Shown: positions 39,257 to 46,182, counted from the first letter of the stretch. The stretch is DNA of 55,375 bases from an uncultured Candidatus Saccharibacteria bacterium (GCA_964489295.1 CAZAXT010000001.1:1-55375); one strand, 5' to 3'. The notes: generated by a model from the sequence alone, not told the origin. Numbers and translations are program-made.

Positions 39257-39277
39257 TGAGGATTGTAATTTTTAGGT

Positions 39278-39499
39278 ATGGCCAGCAGTAAGGAAGTTAT
39301 AGAATTTGAGGGTACAGTACTCGAGACACTGCCGAACGCGATGTTTCGGGTAAAGCTCGAAAACGGGCATGAAGTACTTGCTGTTATTGCTGGCAAGATG
39401 CGTATGCATTATATCAAGATCGTTCCTGGTGATACGGTCACGGTGGAGATGACGCCGTACGATTTGTCCAAGGGTCGGATCACGTATAGGCATAAATAA
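39278..39499 (+). CDS. infA: Translation initiation factor IF-1
   Basis: 73 aa; [25 protein letters not shown]...GKMR S1-like fold. Confidence 0.97.
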   Translation: MASSKEVIEFEGTVLETLPNAMFRVKLENGHEVLAVIAGKMRMHYIKIVPGDTVTVEMTPYDLSKGRITYRHK

Positions 39500-39514
39500 G
39501 CAAGGGTTAGAGTT

Positions 39515-39628
39515 ATGAAGGTGCAAGCAAGTGTCAAAAAACGGTGTGTTCGGTGCAAACTCATTCGTCGCAGTGGGGTCGTCCGGGTCATATGCTCTAA
39601 TCCACGACATAAACAGAGGCAGGGATGA
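39515..39628 (+). CDS. rpmJ: 50S ribosomal protein L36 (zinc type)
   Basis: 37 aa, absent from the ORF track (below its size cutoff): [37 protein letters not shown]. Confidence 0.93.
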   Translation: MKVQASVKKRCVRCKLIRRSGVVRVICSNPRHKQRQG

Positions 39629-39726
39629 TGAACGCAGGTTTTAGTTTACGGACTATAGATTGTAGTCAAGACGCGCATATCCACGGTAAAAGTGGTAGCT
39701 GTCACTTCACGGGAGGGGCCCGGTAA
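39625..39726 (+). CDS. Candidate spacer-filling (bridging) small ORF, 33 aa, rpmJ>rpsM
   Basis: ATGATGA overlaps the rpmJ stop; TAA overlaps the rpsM ATG (TAATG); [33 protein letters not shown]. Confidence 0.3.
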   Translation: MMNAGFSLRTIDCSQDAHIHGKSGSCHFTGGAR

Positions 39727-40094
39727 TGGCGCGTGTAGCACGGGTCGATATCCCTGATAGCAAACGGGTCGCTGTTTCTTTGACGTATATCAAAGGAATC
39801 GGCGATACGAGTGCCCGAAACATCCTTAAAGAGACCGGCGTAGATCCAGATACCCGAGTTAAAGACTTGACCGAAACCGAGTTGAGCAGCATCCGCGAGA
39901 TCATCGAGAACCAATATATCGTGGAAGGCGATCTGGCGCAGCGGATTCGCACGAACGTCAGTCGTCTACGCGAGATAAACAGTTATCGCGGCGTTCGTCA
40001 CAAGTCAGGGTTGCCGGTCCGCGGTCAACGGACTCAGAAAAACGCCCGTACCAGAAAAGGCCGGCGCAGTTCAATCGGTAGTATGCAAAAGTAA
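39726..40094 (+). CDS. rpsM: 30S ribosomal protein S13
   Basis: [15 protein letters not shown]...GIG typical S13. Confidence 0.96.
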   Translation: MARVARVDIPDSKRVAVSLTYIKGIGDTSARNILKETGVDPDTRVKDLTETELSSIREIIENQYIVEGDLAQRIRTNVSRLREINSYRGVRHKSGLPVRGQRTQKNARTRKGRRSSIGSMQK

Positions 40095-40113
40095 TATGAG
40101 AATAAGGTAGTTC

Positions 40114-40500
40114 ATGGCGCAACAGGCGAAATCCACTAAAAAGAAGAAGCGTACAGTTCCGAGTGGACAAGTGCACGTCCAAGCGACGTTCAATAACACC
40201 ATCGTGACGTTCACCGACACGAGTGGCAAAACGCTGGCGTGGTCGAGTGCGGGTTCGGCCGGCTTCAAAGGATCGCGTAAAGGCACGGCATATGCCGCCC
40301 AGGTAGCGAGCAAGAACGCGGCCGAGAAAGTCAAAGACCATAAAGTCAAAGAGGTATCCGTGTTCGTTAAAGGTATCGGCCAGGGACGGGAAGCCGCTGT
40401 CAGGGCGCTCATGAATACCGATATGGAAGTTAGAAGTATCAAAGACGTGACCGGTGTACCGCATAACGGATGCCGACCGAGAAAGCCACGGAGGATCTAG
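40114..40500 (+). CDS. rpsK: 30S ribosomal protein S11
   Basis: 128 aa; HVQATFNNTIVTFTDTSG...GFKGSRKGT. Confidence 0.96.
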   Translation: MAQQAKSTKKKKRTVPSGQVHVQATFNNTIVTFTDTSGKTLAWSSAGSAGFKGSRKGTAYAAQVASKNAAEKVKDHKVKEVSVFVKGIGQGREAAVRALMNTDMEVRSIKDVTGVPHNGCRPRKPRRI

Positions 40501-40503
40501 GAT

Positions 40504-40617
40504 ATGCAACACGCAACACGCAACACGCAACACGCAAAGCAAGCAATAAACGGACAGTTCGTTCCGTATTGGCTATTTCCTGTTGTGTGTTCCACGCGAT
40601 TGAAAGGAGCGTTGTAA
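40504..40617 (+). CDS. Candidate spacer-filling (bridging) small ORF, 37 aa, rpsK>rpsD
   Basis: GGAGGA 9 nt upstream; ATG 3 nt after the rpsK TAG; TAA overlaps the rpsD ATG (TAATG); MQHATRNTQHAKQAINGQFVPYWLFPVVCSTRLKGAL; its 5' third is encoded by the heptamer array. Confidence 0.35.
   Translation: MQHATRNTQHAKQAINGQFVPYWLFPVVCSTRLKGAL
40506..40533 (+). repeat. Tandem heptamer array (GCAACAC) x4 plus degenerate units to about 40547
   Basis: Read directly: GCAACAC GCAACAC GCAACAC GCAACAC GCAAAGC AAGCAAT. Confidence 0.9.
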
Positions 40618-41225
40618 TGGCGCGAAATCGACAACCGATCGTTAAGCAAAGCCGCCGCGAGGGAACGGCATTACACCCCAAAGCCCATAAAGTCATGGTA
40701 CGCCGAAAAGCATTGCCGGGTGAACGGGCTGGTGCTCGTCGTAGCAAGACCACCCAGTACGGGCAACAATTGCGTGAGAAGCAAAAAGTTAAGCGTATGT
40801 ACGGCCTGCTGGAGAAACAATTCCGCCGTCTCGTGGAAGAGGCCGAGCGCCAAAACGGCATTACCGGTGAGATTCTGTTGCAACTGCTGGAGCGCCGACT
40901 CGACAATGTCGTATACCGCTTGCATTTGGCTTCAAGCCGGAAAGCAGCCCGACAATTGGTCACGCACGGGCATATCATGCTGAATGGTCGGCGGGTTGAC
41001 GTGCCGTCCATACGGGTTAGAGTTGGTGATGAAATCACGGTCCGCCCCAAAAGCGCCAAAAACGCGTATTTCCAATCCCTGGAGATTGACCAAAAGGTTG
41101 ATTTGAGCTGGTTGTCGTTCGATACAACCAAGCTGAAGGCCACGGTCACAGGGGAGCCGAACCGTGATGAGGCTGAGCCAGGAATCAGTGAACAATTAAT
41201 AATTGAATTTTACTCAAGACAATAG
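40617..41225 (+). CDS. rpsD: 30S ribosomal protein S4
   Basis: MARNRQPIVKQSRREG...; AAAGGAG SD; S4 RNA-binding domain; tracked start (40470) rejected. Confidence 0.95.
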   Translation: MARNRQPIVKQSRREGTALHPKAHKVMVRRKALPGERAGARRSKTTQYGQQLREKQKVKRMYGLLEKQFRRLVEEAERQNGITGEILLQLLERRLDNVVYRLHLASSRKAARQLVTHGHIMLNGRRVDVPSIRVRVGDEITVRPKSAKNAYFQSLEIDQKVDLSWLSFDTTKLKATVTGEPNRDEAEPGISEQLIIEFYSRQ

Positions 41226-41236
41226 GAGAACATACC

Positions 41237-42142
41237 ATGTACGCTATTCATCTACCAGACATTACCAAAAGCGACGAAGACGCCACGCACGGCACATTCG
41301 TGGTCGAGCCGCTGCATCGCGGGTACGGAGTGACACTCGGAAACTCCATACGCCGTGTGTTGCTGTCATCGCTCGGCGGTGGCGCGGTTACGGCCTTTAG
41401 TGTAGAAGGAGCAAGCCACGAGTTCACCAGCCTGGACGGCGTCAAAGAAGACGTGGTGCAGATCACCTTGAACTTGAAGCGCCTGCGTTTCCGGGTTTAC
41501 ACCGATGATCCGCAGACTGTGACTCTCAAGAAGAAAGGCAAAGGCGAAGTGACCGGCGCTGATATTTCGGGCACCGCTGATGTAGAAGTCGCCAATCCGG
41601 AACAAATTATTGCTACCCTGGATGATGACAAGACCGAACTCAATATGACATTGCAAGTGGAGAAAGGTCGCGGCTATGTACCGGTGGATGAGCGTCACGA
41701 ACAACTGCCGGTCGGTATGATCGCCATCGACGCACTCTTCTCCCCGGTCGACCGAGTCCGTTATAAAGTGGAAAATACCCGTGTCGGTCAGATTACTGAC
41801 TTGGATAGACTGACACTGGAAATCGTAACCGACGGCACGATAACTCCGAGTCAGGCCATGCAGCAATCGGCCGAGATACTCGTGAACCAGTTCAATGTAT
41901 TGGCTGGAGCTGAAGGAAACGAAGCTGTTGAATCACCTGAAGAAGACGGGGATGAATTGGCCGTCAGCGTGGAGGATCTGGAGTTGTCGTCCCGTACCAC
42001 CAACGCCCTTCAAAAGAACGGTGTTACCACGGTGAAAGATCTGGTGCAGATGAACGAATCCGAACTCAAAGGCTTGCAAGGATTCGGCGATAAGGCTCGT
42101 GATGAAGTTATGTCCAAACTCAAGGAGCTGGAGCTGAAGTAA
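41237..42142 (+). CDS. rpoA: DNA-directed RNA polymerase subunit alpha
   Basis: 301 aa; N-terminal dimerisation domain (GYGVTLGNSIRRVLLSS) and C-terminal domain with helix-hairpin-helix (LELSSRTTNALQKNGVTTVKDL). Confidence 0.95.
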   Translation: MYAIHLPDITKSDEDATHGTFVVEPLHRGYGVTLGNSIRRVLLSSLGGGAVTAFSVEGASHEFTSLDGVKEDVVQITLNLKRLRFRVYTDDPQTVTLKKKGKGEVTGADISGTADVEVANPEQIIATLDDDKTELNMTLQVEKGRGYVPVDERHEQLPVGMIAIDALFSPVDRVRYKVENTRVGQITDLDRLTLEIVTDGTITPSQAMQQSAEILVNQFNVLAGAEGNEAVESPEEDGDELAVSVEDLELSSRTTNALQKNGVTTVKDLVQMNESELKGLQGFGDKARDEVMSKLKELELK

Positions 42143-42579
42143 TGACGACCAAAGCGAAGACGGCCAAACTTTCCCGGCAACGGAACAAACGGAACGCCCT
42201 TATGCGGTCGTTGGCAGAATCGTTGATAGACCAGGAAAGTATTGTTACTACTGACACGAAAGCGCGCACACTTCGTCCGTACATCGAAAAACTGGTCACC
42301 AAAGCAAAAACCAACACACAAGCTCGACGACGGTTGATCCGGAGCCGTCTGAATACCGACGAAGCGACGGACAAGTTGTTCGATGTTATCGCTCCACGCT
42401 TTCACCAGCGCCCTGGTGGATACACCCGCCTGTCCCGGGCCGGTCTCAGACGGGGAGACAACGCGCCGATGACACGTATCAGTTTCGTGGAAGAAATGAC
42501 TCCCCAAACAAACGCGGAATCACAACAAACGGAATCCAAAACCGGTACTTCCAAGACGGCCAAGGGAGCGCAACAGTGA
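42142..42579 (+). CDS. rplQ: 50S ribosomal protein L17 with Thr/Gln/Lys-rich C-terminal tail
   Basis: 145 aa; KLSRQRNKRNALMRSLA...GGYTRL. Confidence 0.93.
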   Translation: MTTKAKTAKLSRQRNKRNALMRSLAESLIDQESIVTTDTKARTLRPYIEKLVTKAKTNTQARRRLIRSRLNTDEATDKLFDVIAPRFHQRPGGYTRLSRAGLRRGDNAPMTRISFVEEMTPQTNAESQQTESKTGTSKTAKGAQQ

Positions 42580-43004
42580 GTACGTACAACCAGAAGCCGG
42601 CCGAAGTCACCCGGGATTGGTATATCGTTGATGCGTCAGGTATTACATTGGGACGACTCGCTACGGTGGTGGCCGAAAAACTGACAGGAAAACATAAACC
42701 GACCTATACGCCGCACGTTGACGGCGGGGACTGTGTGATCGTCATTAACGCTGCTAAAGTCAATGTGACCGGCAAAAAACACACCGACAAAACCTATCAC
42801 CGCCACTCCGGCTACCCGGGCGGCTTGAAAACCAAAAACTTTGAACAGGAAATTGCCCAGCATCCGCAGCGGGTCATGTACCGCGCGGTTGCGGGTATGC
42901 TACCGGATAATAAATTACGCGATCAACGCTTGAAACGGTTGAAGGTATACAAAAGGGGAGAGCACCCCCACACCGCCCAACAACCCACGGAGCTACACGT
43001 ATGA
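42576..43004 (+). CDS. rplM: 50S ribosomal protein L13
   Basis: 142 aa; WYIVDASGITLGRLA...KPTYTPHVD.GD.VIVINA. Confidence 0.95.
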   Translation: MSTYNQKPAEVTRDWYIVDASGITLGRLATVVAEKLTGKHKPTYTPHVDGGDCVIVINAAKVNVTGKKHTDKTYHRHSGYPGGLKTKNFEQEIAQHPQRVMYRAVAGMLPDNKLRDQRLKRLKVYKRGEHPHTAQQPTELHV

Positions 43005-43123
43005 GCACGAAAGAAGTGCTAAACCGGCCAGTTTTTATCAACTTTATAAAAAGCGTTATCAATCCATGTTGCAAATTGTTTGTTGCATGTTGCATACGAC
43101 GAGAAGGAGCATATCGTGGCTAA
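43001..43123 (+). CDS. Candidate spacer-filling (bridging) small ORF, 40 aa, rplM>rpsI
   Basis: ATG overlaps the rplM stop (ATGA); GGAG 8 nt upstream; TAA lies at +5..+7 of the rpsI GTG (GTGGCTAA); MSTKEVLNRPVFINFIKSVINPCCKLFVACCIRREGAYRG. Confidence 0.35.
   Translation: MSTKEVLNRPVFINFIKSVINPCCKLFVACCIRREGAYRG
43067..43094 (+). repeat. Heptamer array TGTTGCA-AATTGTT-TGTTGCA-TGTTGCA
   Basis: Read directly; the core TGTTGC is the complement of the GCAACA core of the array at 40506-40533. Confidence 0.7.
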
Positions 43124-43517
43124 AGACGAACAATACTACTACGGCGTGGGACGACGGAAAGAATCGGTGGTAACCGCGCGAATTTACAGTGGCGGTCAAG
43201 CCGGTATTGCCGTTAATGATAAACCCATGGAAGACTACTTTTTGTCCGAAGAGCAGCAAGGACGAGTCAAAGCTCCGCTGACACTCCTGGACAAAGACGG
43301 CCAGTATCGGATCACACTGCACACTCGTGGTGGCGGACTCAGCGGCCAGGCGGATGCGGCGCTCCTGGCGATTGCCAACGCACTAGTCGCCATGGATCCG
43401 CAACTGCGCTCCACGCTCAAACGCGCCGGCTACATCAAGCGCGACGCCCGCGTCAAAGAACGCAAGAAATACGGCCTCAAACGTGCCCGCAAAGCTCCAC
43501 AATATACCAAGCGGTAG
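43116..43517 (+). CDS. rpsI: 30S ribosomal protein S9
   Basis: GTG start 6 nt after GAAGGAGCA; ...QYYYGVGRRKESV...; ends KAPQYTKR. Confidence 0.94.
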   Translation: MAKDEQYYYGVGRRKESVVTARIYSGGQAGIAVNDKPMEDYFLSEEQQGRVKAPLTLLDKDGQYRITLHTRGGGLSGQADAALLAIANALVAMDPQLRSTLKRAGYIKRDARVKERKKYGLKRARKAPQYTKR

Positions 43518-43538
43518 ACAAATCCCTGGAGGAGACGT

Positions 43539-44147
43539 ATGCCCCGTGGCCAACCAGAAGTACGAATTACGTTCCAACGGGCTCTTTATCGTACTATATC
43601 GGTGCCACGTGCTGAATTATACAACTTGGAGTTACCTGATGAAGAAACCGTCGAACATGTAACTGAACAATATAAGGCAGCTTGGGCAAAGCAAGAAACT
43701 GTTATTTTGGCCGGCATGCAGGAATGTTTCGGATTCAGTTTCGAGAAAAATATTATTGATGCACACATAGTGCCTAAAGTAGTGCCTATGAGCTCACCCG
43801 TTCTTATTAATACGCGTGAAACAGATCCACAGAATTTTGTTGATGTTCTGACTCATGAGCTGTTTCACGTTTTGTTCAGTGAGAATAATGAAAATACCTC
43901 TTTCCCCGTTAAGGCAATGCTCCAGCGATACCCTGAAGAAGACGGCCAGACACGGAGTCACGTTCCGGTGCATGCTGGACTGAAATATATATACCTGGAT
44001 GTGCTTGACGAACCTGACAGGCTCGAAACTGATATACAACGGTGTAAAAGTGATTTACCAGCAGGATACGCCAGGGCATGGGAGATAGTGCAGGAAAACG
44101 ACTACACTCAAATCATCCGCGAGTTTTCCGAAGCCGCGAAACGATAA
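43539..44147 (+). CDS. Hypothetical protein with HExxH motif (possible zinc metallopeptidase-like)
   Basis: 202 aa; GGAGGAG SD 21 nt after rpsI; VLTHELFHVLF; looks AT-richer than its neighbours; family not recognised. Confidence 0.5.
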   Translation: MPRGQPEVRITFQRALYRTISVPRAELYNLELPDEETVEHVTEQYKAAWAKQETVILAGMQECFGFSFEKNIIDAHIVPKVVPMSSPVLINTRETDPQNFVDVLTHELFHVLFSENNENTSFPVKAMLQRYPEEDGQTRSHVPVHAGLKYIYLDVLDEPDRLETDIQRCKSDLPAGYARAWEIVQENDYTQIIREFSEAAKR

Positions 44148-44161
44148 TACATGAGGCACGT

Positions 44162-44833
44162 ATGCAAGACACACATTTCGAGCCATCGATAATCCATGAA
44201 GATGAATACCTGCTGGTTGTCGACAAACCAGCAGGTATAACCGTGCATGCAGGAGGTGTGCGCGATGACGAACAAACGGTATTAGATGGAATCCGGGATA
44301 AAATATATGATCCAGAAAGTGACCGGCCTGGTGTCGTGCATCGGCTGGATAAAAACACCTCGGGTGTGCTCGTCGTTGCCAAAGACCCCGGAACCAAATC
44401 ATTTCTCCAACAGCAATTTCAACAACGAAAGGTTAAAAAACACTATATCGCCGCCGTGCAAGGAGTACCTGATCCAAAACACGCCCGGATCGATGTGCCG
44501 GTTGGCCGCCACCCCAAAAACCCACTCAAGCGTGCTGTTCGGCCGAACGGAAGACCGGCTATAACCGAGTACCGTGCCAGGAAGATAGCAAATGATATGA
44601 GTTTACTTGACGTCTACCCGGGCACCGGGCGGACGCATCAGATACGGGTACACCTTGACTACATCGGTCATCCGGTACTGGGCGATGTGCTCTACGACGC
44701 ATCGCACCCGAAATTAAATCGGCATTTCCTTCATGCTGCCGAGCTTACTTTCATTCATCCCGATACACATCGGCACACGACCTATGCCGCGGATACGCCT
44801 ACGGAATTGCGGTGGAAAGAGCTCGGCTGGTAG
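44162..44833 (+). CDS. RluA-family pseudouridine synthase (no S4 domain)
   Basis: 223 aa; LVVDKPAGITVH, catalytic HRLDKNTSGVLVVAK, GRTHQIRVH; tracked start (44078) rejected. Confidence 0.85.
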   Translation: MQDTHFEPSIIHEDEYLLVVDKPAGITVHAGGVRDDEQTVLDGIRDKIYDPESDRPGVVHRLDKNTSGVLVVAKDPGTKSFLQQQFQQRKVKKHYIAAVQGVPDPKHARIDVPVGRHPKNPLKRAVRPNGRPAITEYRARKIANDMSLLDVYPGTGRTHQIRVHLDYIGHPVLGDVLYDASHPKLNRHFLHAAELTFIHPDTHRHTTYAADTPTELRWKELGW

Positions 44834-44862
44834 TCCTCTCGACCGCAGATAACACGAGTGCT

Positions 44863-44913
44863 GCTACCAAAAACCTTCAAGACACCTGATATCAAGGTTC
44901 GGATCCTGGTAGC
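44863..44913 (+). other. Nested hairpin element downstream of the pseudouridine synthase gene
   Basis: Outer stem GCTACCA/TGGTAGC (7 bp) enclosing inner stem AACCTT/AAGGTT (6 bp); no U tract follows. Confidence 0.3.
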
Positions 44914-45029
44914 GAATGTGCCGGTTTTGTGGCGCTATTTCGTGGTGTATTGAAGTCATACCCGATCACGTTAGGGAAAGTTGATGTCGCATCAACATAT
45001 TGTCCTATAACAATGGGCGCTCAAACGTA

Positions 45030-45035
45030 TATACT
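45030..45035 (+). promoter_or_regulatory. Candidate -10 box for the SEDS gene (leaderless geometry)
   Basis: TATACT, then 6 nt (GGTGGT), then ATG at 45042. Confidence 0.3.
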
Positions 45036-45041
45036 GGTGGT

Positions 45042-46136
45042 ATGCAAAAACGATTCGATTGGACATTGCTGGCAGCGACCGTATTGTTAGTGGCGATCGG
45101 GTTGATCATACTTCACGCTATTAACTTTCGTGACCCGAGTTTGGCGGAAGGATTTAACCCTGCACATCAATTAGTGGCAGCGGTTCTGGGTTTTGGCGTT
45201 ATGATGCTCGTATCACGGGTCGATTATCGGTTTTGGTTCAGAGCTGCGCCGGCGTGGTATGTGGCGAGCGCGGCTTTATTGGTGTTGTTGCTTTTCGTGG
45301 GAGAAACGGTTGCTGGTTCGACGCGAAGTATCAACTTGATATTTATCGAATTCCAACCAACCGAACTGGCGAAACTCGGGCTGATATTTCTACTTGCGCG
45401 GTGGTATACCATCCGAGCGCGTGAGTTGCGGCACCCGTGGTACATGTTTTCTTCGCTCATGGCGACCGGTTTGATAGCGGGTTTGATAGTATTGCAACCG
45501 GACATCGGCTCGGCGGTATTAGTAGGGGGTATATGGTTTATCATGACACTTGCCAGCAATGTCCGGAAGTCGTATCTAGCGGTATTGATCGTAGGTGTGT
45601 TGCTGGTATCGCCATTCGTGATCCAGCAGATGCAACCGTATCAGCAGGAACGTTTGCAAACATTTTTCTATCCGGAATCCGATCCACAAGGTGGTGGGTA
45701 TAACGTCGACCAGTCAACTATCGCGGTTGGAAGCGGACAGATTTTCGGGCGCGGATTAGGTGGCGGTACCCAGAGTCAACTCAACTTCCTGCCATCGCAA
45801 CATACTGACTTTATTTTCGCGGTGGTAGCAGAGAAACTCGGATTGTTGGGTGCGGCTCTTGTGATCGCGCTCTTCGCTGTGTTGCTGCTGCGTGGGTTCT
45901 ACATCGCTATTCACGCCAAAGATACCTTCGGGTCGCTGCTGGCGATCGGTCTGAGCGCGTTGCTATTGATCCATGTTGTCATCGCGATAGGCATGAATCT
46001 CGGTGTCGCGCCGGTCACCGGCTTACCGCTCCCGTTTATATCCTACGGCGGCACCAACTTGGTTATTAGTTTGTTCGCGGTTGGAGTTCTTCAAAGTATT
46101 TCCATTCACAAACGTGATTTGGAATTCAAGGAATAG
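45042..46136 (+). CDS. SEDS-family peptidoglycan polymerase (FtsW/RodA)
   Basis: About 364 aa, polytopic; FQPTELAKL, TDFIFAVVAEKLG, LPFISYGGT motifs; start chosen at MQKRFDW. Confidence 0.88.
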   Translation: MQKRFDWTLLAATVLLVAIGLIILHAINFRDPSLAEGFNPAHQLVAAVLGFGVMMLVSRVDYRFWFRAAPAWYVASAALLVLLLFVGETVAGSTRSINLIFIEFQPTELAKLGLIFLLARWYTIRARELRHPWYMFSSLMATGLIAGLIVLQPDIGSAVLVGGIWFIMTLASNVRKSYLAVLIVGVLLVSPFVIQQMQPYQQERLQTFFYPESDPQGGGYNVDQSTIAVGSGQIFGRGLGGGTQSQLNFLPSQHTDFIFAVVAEKLGLLGAALVIALFAVLLLRGFYIAIHAKDTFGSLLAIGLSALLLIHVVIAIGMNLGVAPVTGLPLPFISYGGTNLVISLFAVGVLQSISIHKRDLEFKE

Positions 46137-46139
46137 TAA

Positions 46140-46182
46140 GCTCCGTATGGCACGGTGCAATTTGTTTTTTCTTTTCTTTTTT
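46140..46182 (+). terminator. Candidate intrinsic terminator after the SEDS gene
   Basis: Hairpin GCTCCGT-ATGGC-ACGGTGC (one mismatch) followed by a long T-rich tract TTTGTTTTTTCTTTTCTTTTTT. Confidence 0.4.

Noticed and set aside
40506-40547. CRISPR array or mobile-element terminal repeat as an explanation for the tandem repeats.
   Set aside because: The units are 7 nt with no spacers. There are no cas, transposase or integrase genes anywhere in the window, and no flanking inverted repeats or target duplications.
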